A DNA stretch of 63,548 bases, filler included, from Chiloscyllium plagiosum (GCF_004010195.1; 4 parts of one record of this genome joined end to end with filler, not necessarily neighbours in it); one strand, 5' to 3'; shown: positions 49,814-61,704, numbered from the whole stretch's first letter. Translations and numbers: made by a program. Notes: a model not told the origin generated them from the letters alone.

Positions 49814-50490
49814 GTTGTTGTGGTTCTGTTCGCCGAGCTGGACATTTTTGTTGCAAACATTTCGTCTCATGTCTAGGTGACATCCTCAGTGCTTGGGAGC
49901 CTCCTGTGAAGTGCTTCTGTGGTGTTTCCTCCGGCATTTATACTAGCCCGTCCCCGCCGCTTCCGGTTGTCAGTTTCAGCTGTCCGCTGTAGTGGCTGGT
50001 ATATTGGGTCCAGGTCGATGTGTTTGTTGATGGAGTTTGTGGATGAGTGCCATGCTTCTAGGAATTCCCTGGCTGTTCTTTGTTTGGCTTGCCCTATAAT
50101 GGTAGTGTTGTCCCAGTTGAATTCATATTGCGTGTGTGGCTACTAAGGATAGCTGGTCGTGGCGTTTCGTGGCTAGTTGATGTTCATGGATGCGGATCGT
50201 TAGTCGTCTTCCTGTTTGTCCTATATAGTGTTTTGTGCAGTCCTTGCATGGGATTTTGTACACTACATTAGTTTTGCTCATGCTGGGTATCACGTCCTTC
50301 GTTCTGGTGAGAGAACGAAGGACCCGATACCCAGCATGAGCAAAACAAATGTAGTGTACAAAATCCCATGCAAAGACTGCAAAAAACACTACATAGGACA
50401 AACAGGAAGACAGCTAACAATCCGCATCCATGAACATCAACTAGCCACAAAACGCCACGACCAGCTATCCTTAGTAGCCACACACGCAGA
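49812..50490 (-). mobile_element. Penelope/Poseidon-type PLE 3' end (GIY-YIG and pLTR) with an inverted duplication
   Basis: NVVYKIPCKDC..HYIGQTGR...RIHEH on both strands; arms ~50127-50305 and 50312-50490. Confidence 0.93.
49853..49892 (-). ncRNA. Hammerhead ribozyme motif, family 4
   Basis: Minus strand GCA CTGAGGA T GTC...GAC GAAATGTT TGC, with stem I GCA/TGC. Confidence 0.65.
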
Positions 50491-50590
50491 NNNNNNNNNN
50501 NNNNNNNNNNNNNNNNNNNNNNNNNNNNNNNNNNTTAATTAATTAANNNNNNNNNNNNNNNNNNNNNNNNNNNNNNNNNNNNNNNNNNNN
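50491..50590. other. Assembly gap with artificial linker
   Basis: 44N-TTAATTAATTAA-44N. Confidence 0.95.
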
Positions 50591-51703
50591 GCTAGCAAAC
50601 CTACCCCCCAGGATATTGGTGCCCTTCTGGTGCTGGTGCAACCCGTCCTGCTTGTACAGGTCCCACCTTCGCCAGAATGCAGTCCAATTGTCCAAATATC
50701 TGAAGCCCTCCCTCCTACACCATCCTTGCAGCCACGTGTTCAACTGCACTGTCTCCCTATTCTTTGCCTCACTGTCACGTGGCACCGGCAACAACCCAGA
50801 GATGACGACTCTGTCTGTCCTAGCTTTTAGCTTCCAGCCTAACTCCTTGAGCTCTTGAATGACCTCCCCACCCCTCTTCCTACCTATGTCGTTGGTGCCA
50901 ACGTGCACCACGACTTCTGGCTGCACACCCTCCCCCTTAAGGATTCTGAAGACACGGTCTGAGACGTCATGGACCCTAGCACCCGGGAGGCAACAAACCA
51001 TCCGAGAGTCTCGCCCATGCCCACAGAATCGCCTGTCCGTCTCTCTATCTAGAGAGTCTCCTATAACTAGCGCTCTCCTCCTCTTCCCCCTTTCCCTTCT
51101 GAGTCTCAGAGCCAGACCTCTCACCACAGACCCGGTCACTGCAGCTTACCCCTGCTAGGCTGTCCCCCCCACCAGTATCCAAAGCGGTATACCTATTGTT
51201 TAGGCGAATGACTACAGGGGATCCCTGCACTGGCTGCTTCCTGCCCTTCCCACCTCTAACTGTTACCCAGCTACCTCTGTTCTCTGGCGTAACTATGTCC
51301 CTGTAGCTTCTATCTATCACCTTCTCAGCCTCTCGAATAATCCTCAGTTCATCCAACTCCAGTTCCAATTCCCTAACTCGTTCTGTGAGGAGCAGGATCT
51401 GACTGCATTTCCTGCAGATGAAGTCGGCAGGAGTATCGGTGGTCACCCCTACCTCGAACATCTTGCAGGAGGAACATTCCACTGCCTGCACTGCCATCAC
51501 TCTACACTTCGTCTCCAAAGCAAGAACACTGAGTAGCTTACCTGTGAACTTTAAAGTTAGGTTAGAGGAGGAGGATGGGAGGGAGGCCCTACATGTAGGG
51601 CCTGGGGTATAGAACACACCCACTCAAATATCAATCACTTACCTTCCCGACCAGCTCTGCGCTCCAACCTCACTTCCGCCCAGCTCGCGCCGCTCTCTGC
51701 TGA
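50591..51703 (-). mobile_element. CR1 LINE 5' end: 5' UTR and ORF1 (zinc finger, coiled coil, SGNH esterase) with one frameshift
   Basis: ATG at 51497: MAVQAVECSSCKM...CRKC...VRELELELDEL...NRYTAL, then IGDS, VHVGTND, DGLH. Same family as 32451. Confidence 0.95.
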
Positions 51704-52973
51704 GAAAAAGGAGGATGGTCACTCATATTGAAAATGAGTGACCATCCTCCTTTATGTTTTCATTTCAACCATATATTTAGTTAGCATAGAATCGGTGATA
51801 GAATGACAGAATTCACAATGTAATTGCCAACTAGTTGCAAATTTATTTCCAGAAATCATTGTAGATTAATTTCTATAACTCTTGCACAGATTTGGCAGAA
51901 TTTAATCTCCCATCAGTGCCCTGTTTGGTTAGAATATCACAGGAAGATATTGATTTACTCGTTCCTGTTGACTTTCTGTCCCATTCTTGATGAAACATAG
52001 TGACAATGAAAGAAAGAATACCAAATGAAAATATTATATTGCCCTTTGCATAGACATGCTAAAATAGTGTAAATGCTCATTTTAATTGAGTGTAAAGTGA
52101 GTTAGAACTGCTTATTTAATGTTGTTAATTTAGTAGATATTAGCATTAAGCTATCTTCAGGTTTGAGCTGCACATAGTTTTTACTGAATTTTCAAACTTT
52201 TTTAATACCCCGTGCTCAGGGAGCTGGTGGGGTGAATGTCTTGCCCATTCCTACCTCATCCTGAAGCTGTGATGATGTTGTGATATCCTGTTGTGATAAA
52301 AGTTGGCGAATGCCCTCGTTTTGCTTCCATGATGACAAAGACGATATTGCCACGAGGTGTTGCCATTACATTCTTCTAAAGGGTATATGATCTGGAAAGC
52401 ACTGTGAACTGACTGTTCAGACTTCTGCAAAAGCAGCAGATTTCATTAGAACTTTGCTATAGGTGGTTTCCCCTGATGTAAAGTGGCAAAAGTCAGGGCC
52501 TTCCATGATTGATGTCCTTTTCTGAAGCAACTAAGGACATTTTTGTGGATCTGGCTGAGAAAGAAAAGTAATTGACATTTCAGTGAGTTAAAGCCTGTGC
52601 TAGGGACAAGTAAATGTTTGTGATTCTGCTGTTTTGATTTAATGCGAGCTTTTACTCATCACATGACTTGTTCTCTAACTCTCCTAGCCTGTTGGCCAAA
52701 GTCGTGAAGTGAATATTCATTTTCAGGAATAAATTTGATGAATATTTACTATTGTGCATTGACTGTGTGACTTATTGAAAAGGTTGTGGCAACTTGCATG
52801 AAAAGTAAATTTGTTGCCTGGTCAAAGGCAGCCAAACCAAATCAGTCTTACCATTCCCTTCCTTGAGAGTTTGCTAATCATAAATTAGTCCTGAATTTTC
52901 CATATAGCTGATGGAATTTTGCAAACATTTGTTTATAGTCTTTTTATTCGAAAACGTATAGTGGGAAACATCA

Positions 52974-53295
52974 GGGCAGCAAGGTGGTTCAGTGGTTAGG
53001 ACTGCTGCTTCACAGGGGCCTAGGTTCAGTTCTAGCCTTGGGTAGCTCTTGTGGAGTTTGCATGTTCTTCCTGTGTCTGCATGGGTTTCCTCTGGGTGTT
53101 CCAGTTCCCCTCACAGTCCAAAGATGTGCAGGTTAGGTGGATTGGCCATGCTGAAAAATGCCCCATACTGTCCAGGGAGTTGCAGGGAAAATGGATTAGC
53201 CGTGGTAAATGCTGGGATAGGGTTGGATGCTCTTCAGATAGTTGGTGCGCATTTGATGGGCCAAATGGCCTCTATCTACATTGTAAAGATTCTAA
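52974..53295 (+). mobile_element. HE1-type V-SINE (older)
   Basis: Degenerate A/B boxes and V-domain. Confidence 0.85.
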
Positions 53296-53649
53296 AATTC
53301 TTTGATCACAGTTTGGGCAAATGAGACCCTAGACCATTGGACAAACTGATTTCTATCTCAATAATCTGCCCTCTGTTAGAGCTTGTGAACTGTAGGAAAA
53401 CTGCAATTTATTTGTTCACTACTAACAAATGTAGTTATAATTATAGTAATGGGCAGGTTTGGTACATTTGGCCTTTGGAAAGTGTTGGGGGAGGTGGATG
53501 GGAATGAGTGGAAGACTGGTGTTAGGCAGGAAATATTAAGTGGATTTCCTAATACTGATTGCTTTCCAGTGACACTGCTTGGGAAATATACATTTGACCA
53601 TCAAACAAGGGCAATCAAAGATTTAATACTTTAAGTCCAATAAGAAACA

Positions 53650-53782
53650 TCTGAGGAAGAGTCTTTTTGGACCTGAAACATTAACTCTGTTTCCGTCTCT
53701 ACACATGCTGCTAAACCTGCCGCCTTTTTCCAGCGATTTCTGTTTTTATTTTAGATTCCAACATTCACAGTATTTTACTTTC
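53650..53782 (+). mobile_element. PLE family-2-like pLTR starting at a hammerhead (53651-53682)
   Basis: CTGAGGA AGAGTC TTTTTG GACCT GAAACATT AACTCTG. Confidence 0.72.
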
Positions 53783-53979
53783 CTATCAATTTGAAATTAT
53801 AACTGTTATGCTTTACAATAGGTCTCCCAACATCCATCATTTAGGCTTTCATGTTAAGAATGGCAAATAAGCTCGAGCATTGGCAAGCACCTAGGAGATT
53901 TTGCTCCTAATGTTTTTCATAAATAGGATGTAGTTATTTTCATACACTTCAGTGGTAGATTTTGCCCATCAGCACTTTT

Positions 53980-54340
53980 GCTTCATCATATTCCAAGCTT
54001 CATTGTTTCAATATGCAACTGGACAATCTCCCATATTCTACCTTCCGTAAACTTTATCCAAAATTCTGCACCATGACCTGTTCGCCTATCACGCACACTT
54101 GCTGACCTACACTGGCTGGTGGGGCAAGACGTGCCTTGGATTTTTTCTAAATTTTCATCCGTGTGTTATATCCCTCTATGGCTTTATCCCTTATTTCTTT
54201 AATCGCTTCCAGCTCTATTATCCTTTGAGATAACTTTACAGCTCTAACAGCACATCGGAAGTACTACTTCAGCTGTGAAGTGCTTTGGGATATTCTAAAG
54301 TCATGACACACACTGTGAAACGCAAGCCTGTTCTCCTTTT
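53980..54340 (+). mobile_element. L2 LINE 3' region
   Basis: CTTGCTGACCTACACTGGCT (LADLHWL) and GCTGTGAAGTGCTTTGGGA tail. Confidence 0.7.
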
Positions 54341-54879
54341 GCATAACTAAGGGACACAGATTTCGGGGACAAATACTGGTTCTAGAAGGAATTCAAGGGG
54401 TATTTCTTTTTTAACCCAGTTGGTAGTGGTGAAATGGAACTTATTGACTGAAATTATGGTAGTGGAAGGCACCCTTCCAACATGTAAAATATACTTGATA
54501 CACACTTGAAGTGCAATAGCTCCCAAATCAGTGGGTTCAAATCTGGAAAGTGGAGTTAGGCTAGGTGACTCCATTGGGTTGGATGTCCTCCTTCTGTTGT
54601 GTAACTTTCTCTGAGGGAAAATAAATAAATAAATAAAAAGACAATGAAAGCAAAGAGGCCACAACAAGAGAGCATCATAGTACTGGATGGCAGGAATGAC
54701 CCTAGAGCATGTTATTCCTGGGTTGACCTCCCCGTGGAAGTAAGTAAGGCTTTTAATTGCGGAAATAACCAAGGAAAATGCAGCAAGCAGAAAGAAGGCT
54801 TTTCAATTCATAGGGCCAGCTTGTTCCAAATCACTGTGGACAGTTTCTTTCCTGGGTTGTTGTTAGGATAGCCTAGATT

Positions 54880-55255
54880 TGTTTTCCTTGGCGGCAGAGG
54901 GAGGAATCTGATTGAGGAATACAAAATTACGGTAGGCATAGAGTAGATTGTGAGAATCTCTTTCCCCATGACAGATGTGTGTAAGACCAGAGGATATAAG
55001 TTTAAGGTGAGGGACAAGTGGTTTAGAGGAGATCTGATGAAAATTAAATTTCACCCAGAGGGTGGTAGAAATAGGGAACATGCTGACTGAGAGGGTGGTG
55101 GTGACAGGTATTCATCAATATTTAAGAAGCATCTGGATAAACACTTAAATGCCAAAGTATAGTAGACTATGGGCCAAGTTCAGGTAAATGGTATTAGTGT
55201 AGTTTCGTCAGGCCAAACATGGTAAGCTGAGGGCCTGTGTCTTTGCTATATGCCT
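54880..55255 (+). mobile_element. CR1 3' fragment
   Basis: TTTCACCCAGAGGGTGG...GAGGGCCTGTG tail. Confidence 0.8.
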
Positions 55256-57178
55256 CTGTCATTGATTTAATTCTGCTTAATCTCCAGGTAAAGCCTGTTT
55301 TTAAAACCCAGTTGGCAATCTAGCCTGGTTCCAGAATATTCATGTAACTTGTCGATCAGTAAAATTGAATTCTGGCCACTTGCATTACACAAGTGACAGT
55401 TGGAGTCCCAGCAGCACGATGATCTGTACAGATGAGTAAATGATGCTTCTAAATTTTGCAGCATTATTGATTTCCTGTCTAATATCTGTCCTGGGTACTG
55501 ATATACTTTCTGTATAGCTAACCATGCAAGGACTAAAATGCTGTTTGTTGTGTAGTTTGCTAAGCTGTATCACTCCATTGTTCTGTGAACATTGTAGCAT
55601 ATGACCACATCATTACCGATTGATAATTAGTTTGATTCAGTTTTACACTCTGTGGAACAAAAATTAACATTGTAATTCCAGCTAAAGTATCAAAGCTATT
55701 GTAATTTTCCTCATTTTTATGACTATACGTTAGTTCCCATTTAGATCTGCCGCCTTTTGACCAGAGGTGTTCTATAGCAACATTGCAGCTGTAACAACCA
55801 TACAATATCTACTTCATATTTATGAAAAATATATTAGGTGTAAATTTCCCTTGGTGCTTGCTAATACTTCAGTTGAGTTGCCATTTTTGCAATGAAAATT
55901 ACTGCAAGTAATCGTAGAATCTCTAAGTGAGCCTAATACAGATTTTATCTCCTCGTGATGCCTGCTAAACCTTAGATTTGCTTGTCTAAATTACAAGCAG
56001 TATTTTTTTTTTCTGTTTTATAGAAAGTTTTTTAACTGAACTGATTGAGCAATAGGTTGAGGCTTTATTTGATCATTCAACTCCTTAAAATTACAATTTG
56101 TTGTAGATTGTAAGAAAGCCAGGACAATGTCTAATTACCGTTGTATTTTATGTCCTAGACGTCTCATGGAGCAGTGTCGTGTCTGGTCCAGCTGTTAGGA
56201 TAGACTATGTTGAAGTGGGCTGCGGAGCTGATAAGCTGGGTTGTTAGTGGGCACTGGTGGAGTGGTGAGGATTGGAGAGCAAATGATTTCTTTTTCTCTC
56301 CTGAGAACCAGCTGTCACCTTCCTGAGTTGACATCCCCCTAATCCCAGTAATCTATCAAAGGGCACATTGTTAGAATGCTTGACATCCTTAAAATGCTTT
56401 TGTACATCATAATCCATTCCAATGAAGATATCAGCCTGAGCTTTCACAGCACAGGGGTTCAGGCTTTGAGTGCCTGCTGCTTGTGGTAAAATAGAAGTTG
56501 AGACATCAATCCTGAAGATGACGTAGACAGGTTGGGCCTACAAGTGTGTGAATACTGGAAAGGGTAGGCTACAAACCCTTCTCCAGCTCCTTTATTATTA
56601 CACGCTTCCTTTCTGCCAGTGTACCTAAGGCACTTTTTATATTTGTCTGTAGACAGCCCATCAAAGTCCTCTGTAGTGGTAACCCTGTGTGACCTCTAAA
56701 CTGGCTTCAGCCTTTTATCCTGGCCAATTATGCACAATGGCTCAGCCCTTCCTGAATATGCCTCTAATCTGTCCCTGAAGTTATGCCCAATGTTAGTCTC
56801 CGCACTGGTGGCTGTGTCTATGAAATCAAGTTCAGGCTGTTAAGTACCAGAGGTTAAAATGCTGATTAGATAGAGTCCAGTTAATACTGTTCCAATCCAT
56901 TTTATTTCTAGAGCCTATCCCACAAACTCCAGGATCACCAATTACTTCTCACCATTTTTATAAATGTAGATCTCACCAAATTAACCATTTAATTAATAAC
57001 CACCTATCCTACCTGTGCACTACTTCCATTTGATCTCTGGCATCTGACCAGACCCTACTAGATAACTTTTATTTATTCTGTTGTTGTACATTAGTTAATG
57101 TGAAAACAAAGCAAAAAAAAAATGCAAAATGTATTGGCCTTGATGTTCTGGTAGCCAGATAGTCACTCAAACAGTGCA

Positions 57179-57256
57179 TTCTGGATTAGTGGTGCTGGAA
57201 GAGCACAGCAATTCAGGCAGCATCCGAGGACAGGCAAAATCGACGTTTCGGGCAAA
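57179..57256 (-). mobile_element. PLE pLTR solo fragment truncated in hammerhead loop II
   Basis: Perfect 14-bp TSD ACTCAAACAGTGCA (57165-57178 and 57257-57270). Confidence 0.88.
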
Positions 57257-58133
57257 ACTCAAACAGTGCAGATTAGAATAGTGTCTCAGGACTATATGGA
57301 GTTCAAGGTGTAGCAGACTCCATAGGAATTGCCAGGGAAGTTGAAGATTCTGATAGGCAGTTCCCCTGCATCTGGAACCCTTTTGGAAATCCAATTCAGA
57401 GGGTTCTACTTCAGTCAAGCCAATAGTTCCGAAGGAAAGGTTAGATGGGGTTTTTGATCAGCTAACTACTGGGCCCGCCGTCGCTGGGATTCCAGGCTTG
57501 GTGCCATGCCGCCGCTGAGAGTCCCAATCCACACTGCCCCTCTGACACCACTTCAGCTGTGAAGATGAAAAAAGGAAAAAGATGTAAAGTACACAGAAAA
57601 CTGTACTACTGAACTGGAGCGGCCAGGCTCCCACAAGTGGCTCCTACTGTGCTGGCACCATCTTGGGTTAGACTTCTGCACTAGGGAAAACTTGGTTTTC
57701 ACATCCTCTGCATTTCTGAAGGAGGCAGAGTCAAAATTCATTGTTACAAATGTGGAGCTCAGTAATAAGGTTCTTCATCTAAAGAAAATGTGGAGTGACA
57801 ATTTGTCTCTGCTTGCTGTTCCTCAATACATCTGACCATTATATTTCTGCTACAGTCTTTTTAGTGTACAGTAAATTTCCAAATGTCCTCTTTTCCGGTA
57901 ATTCTAATAGCTTCTTAGAATGTGCTCCTTTTTAAAAACAAAAGTGAGCCATCTGCTACTATCCATCCACTTCAATTTGGAGATTTTAAAAATTCTCCTG
58001 TTTTAAAACTGCTTTAATGATTTTTTTTTATCATTCATGCATTTCACTGAATATGTATTATCAGTGTGGCAATCAATGGATATTGCTACTGAATACCTTT
58101 TTAGAATCATTTCCAATATTGATGGAAAATCAG

Positions 58134-58255
58134 GTAAGAACAAATTACTGCAGATGCTGAAATTCGTTCTGAAAGCAAAGCATGTTGGGTCAGGCAGCAT
58201 CCATGGAAACAAAGCGAGCTAATGTTTAGAGCTAGGTTATTCTAAATCAGATGGA
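58134..58255 (-). mobile_element. Old PLE pLTR fragment
   Basis: ACTGCAGATGCTG...GGTCAGGCAGCATCC. Confidence 0.65.
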
Positions 58256-59320
58256 AAACCATCCTATCCACATCCTCAACAAACGAATTTCTGCCACGAT
58301 GATATGTTTTACTACTCTTCTCATCTATTTAGTTTCCCAGACTAAAGGGAAATACTTACCTCCCCTTCTCTCAAAATAAAAAAACTTCTACTCTCCTGCA
58401 CTTGAGTATGCATCAGAGATTTGAATAAGAAGCATCATATTTCTGACAATTCCCAAGACACGTTATTGTTCCTTTTTGTTTCAAATTTTTCCAAATAATT
58501 ATCATCTGACTTGGAACTCTTCATGTTGTCCGCAGCCCAATAAGAACTCAAAACTCTCATCTGCCTAGCATGGTTGCCCAGCCAATTAGACTTTGCAATT
58601 CCTTCCTTTCAGTTTTGATGTCCTGCAGTATCTTTTTCTGAAGCCCATGTTGACTCTCAGCAAAGGGACCAACATATTCCAAGTATGCTTCCCTTGCTCT
58701 TGCAGGACAAGGTAGTGCACAGCGGCAGTAGGAACTACCTAAAGGGGGACAGCTTAAGCCTACACATCCCGAACTGTATCCTCCCACTCCACTCTCACTC
58801 TGAAATGATGTAATTTCCTTCCTATTTTTATTAGCTCTTAGTGTGAAAATTGTCACTCTCACTATTGTGGTTGCAAATGTTAAACTGCCCTTTTTCTGTA
58901 CATAACACACTTTGTTGGTAAAGCAAAACTTGGCAATTATAGAAAATTGTCGTGGACCTGATGGTTTGGTTTATCACATCCGTTGATTCATTTATCCCAT
59001 CAAATTTCAATTTCTGCAAATGGTTCCGTTTTATGTTGATCAATGATCGTAAAAACAGTTGCCTGGCAGTTTATCTATCTTCATCCAGTGAAACTAGCTA
59101 CTGCCGATTATGTGGAGAATAGTACAGCCCAAAACGTAATAGCAAGGCAGTAATTCAGTCATGGGTTGAGACAATTTCACCATGCATGAGAGTGAAAACT
59201 GAGTTTAGAATATTGCCTTCAGCTGTTGTTATTTGTGATATGTACCTTTTCCAAAGTGACCTACTTTACTAGTTGTCTAACTTTTTTCAGACCATGCCTA
59301 TGATTTTGAGTTCTGCATCT

Positions 59321-60109
59321 GTACCCTTCCACCGACCCTCTCATTCACTTGGCTGAACTGGTCCTCACCCTTAACAATTTCTCCTTCGAATCCTCCCACT
59401 TCCTTCAGACCAAAGGGGTAGCCATGGGCACACGTATGGGCCCCAGCTATGCCTGTCTCTTTGTTGGCTACGTAGAACAGTTGATCTTCCGTAATTACAC
59501 CGGCACCACTCCCCACCTCTTCCTCCGCTACATTGATGACTGCATTGGTGCCACCTCATGCTCCCGCAAGGAGGTTGAGCAATTCATCCACTTCACCAAC
59601 ACATTCCACCCTGACCTTAAATTTACCTGGACCATCTCTGACACCTCCCTCCCCTTCCTGGACCTCTTCATCTCCATTAATGACGACGGACTTGACAATG
59701 ACATTTTTTACAAACCCACCGACTCCCACAGCTACCTGGATTACACCTCATCCCACCCTACCTCTTGCAAAAATGCCATCCCGTATTCCCAATTCCTCCA
59801 CTCCGCCGTATCTGCTCCCAGGAGGACCGTTTCCACCATAGAACACATAAGATGGCCTCCTTCTTTAGAGACCGCAATTTCCCTTCCCACGTGGTTAAAG
59901 ATGCCCTCCAACGCATCTCGTCCACATCCCGCACCTCCGCCCTCAGACCCCATCCCTCCAACCGTAACAAGGACAGAACGCCCCTGGTGCTCACCTTCCA
60001 CCCTACCAACCTTCCCATAAACCAAATCATCCGCCGACATTTCCGACACCTCCAAACGGACCCCACCATCAGGAATATATTTCCCTACCCACCCCTTTCC
60101 GACTTCCAC
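59321..60109 (+). pseudogene. PLE reverse transcriptase fragment (frameshift near 59797), cut by a gap
   Basis: NNFSF...QTKGVAMG...PSYA...RYIDD...FLD...YKPT...SSHP...IPYSQFL, continuing LRRICS in the next frame. Confidence 0.95.
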
Positions 60110-60209
60110 NNNNNNNNNNNNNNNNNNNNNNNNNNNNNNNNNNNNNNNNNNNNTTAATTAATTAANNNNNNNNNNNNNNNNNNNNNNNNNNNNNNNNNNN
60201 NNNNNNNNN
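60110..60209. other. Assembly gap with artificial linker
   Basis: 44N-TTAATTAATTAA-44N. Confidence 0.95.
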
Positions 60210-60441
60210 GGGGTTGATATAGGACTGAAGTTAGGGGTAGGTTCTTCACTCAGCGAGTCGTTAGTTCATGGAATGCCCTGCCAGTAGCAGTGGTGGACTC
60301 TCCCTCTTTATGGGCATTTAAGCGGGCATTGGATAGGTATATGGAGGATAGTGGGTTAGTATAGGTTAGGTGGGCTTGGATCGGCGCAACATCGAGGGCC
60401 AAAGGGCCTGTACTGCGCTGTATTCTTCTATGTTCTATGTC
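60210..60441 (+). mobile_element. Young CR1 3' end
   Basis: Near-identical reverse complement of 11690-11915. Confidence 0.93.
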
Positions 60442-61700
60442 TGTCATCTTTTGTGAACAGCAATGCAAAATATTTGTAAAGGACCTCTGTCACTTCCTCT
60501 GCCTCCATGCATAAAATCCGTGCTTTGTTCTTGAGTGAACCTACCCTTTTCCTAGCTGCCTTCTTGCTCATTGTATATGTATAAAACCTATTGGGATTTT
60601 CCTTAGTCCTCTTTGTCAATGCCATAGCCCCTTTTAGCCCTCCTAACTGCTTGTTTAAGTTCATTTTTGCTTTCTTTATACTCTTTTGAGGGTTCTCTAT
60701 TTCCAATTTCCTTTTCACTGCACTTACAATTTTTCTTTGTAATCCAAGGTTCCTGAATCTTGCCATCCTTACCCTTCACTTTCACAGGAACTGTTGGTCT
60801 TGAACTCTATATTCAACTGGCCTTTAAAAGGTTCCCACATAACAGATGTGGATTTACCCTCAAACTGCTACCCCAATCTATATGCCCAGTTCTTGCCTAA
60901 TGTTGTAGTTAGCCTGTACCCAAGGACACCTCAACCTTATCCATAAGTAACTTCAAGTTTATGGGATTATTTTTGCTGTTCCTAAAATACTTTGACTGGC
61001 TGGACTCATTTCCCAATACCAGACCAAGTATGGCCTCTTCCTTAGTTGGCCTGGGGCTTCAAGAAACTCTCCTGGAGATGTAACAAATCCATCTCTACTG
61101 CCACACAATATCCATTCCCAATCCAAGCCCCCAGTCCTAAGGTCATAGTCAATTTGGGGGAAGTTAAAAACACCTACCACAACAGTTTTCACATTTTTCC
61201 ATCATGTTTCCATTGGGGGACCTGGAGTACAATCCCATCAAAATGATTTCAGCCTTCCTATTCCTGAACTCTACACAAATGACCTCACTGGATGAACCCT
61301 GCGAGGTGTCCTCCCTCCATATATAGCTGTGGTAATGTCCCTAATCAATGCCATAAGTATCTCACCTCTTACATCTCTGCCTGTTTTACGAGTACCAGTT
61401 AGTACCACAGCCTGTGGCCGATTCCCCTCCCTTTTTGAGAATGTCCTGTGCCTGCCCTGGCATCAGGGAGGCAACATACAATCCTGAAGTCAATCTTGTG
61501 CCCACAAAAACCTATCTATGCCCCTGGCTTTTGAGTCTCCTGTTACTCCACTTTGATCCTCCTTGCTGTGGTGCCACCACTCTGGCTGCTGCTATTGCAG
61601 TCTGTGACAAGCAATTCCTGCCAACAGTATCCAATGCAGTATACTTGTTAGGGAGATAACCAAAGGAGGTTCCTGCACTGTTTCCTGCCCGATCATCTCT
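60442..61700 (-). mobile_element. Old CR1 (ORF1 remnant through APE and linker)
   Basis: NKYTALDTVG (ORF1), VVVGVFNFPQID (APE), KENPNRFYTY. Confidence 0.8.
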
Positions 61701-61704
61701 CTGC

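Noticed and set aside
49663..49870. PDGD/NPDG-repeat and MVFLMVIR-repeat ORFs
   Set aside because: By-products of the 24-bp repeat fused to pLTR sequence; no gene structure.
57530..57552. CTCF-like motif (also ~55746-55765)
   Set aside because: Only partial matches to the consensus; not supportable without ChIP data.
58557..58910. 117-aa minus-strand ORF; similarly 10043-10285 and 3132-3312 as minus-strand exons
   Set aside because: No recognisable homology and no consistent exon chain; compatible with chance.
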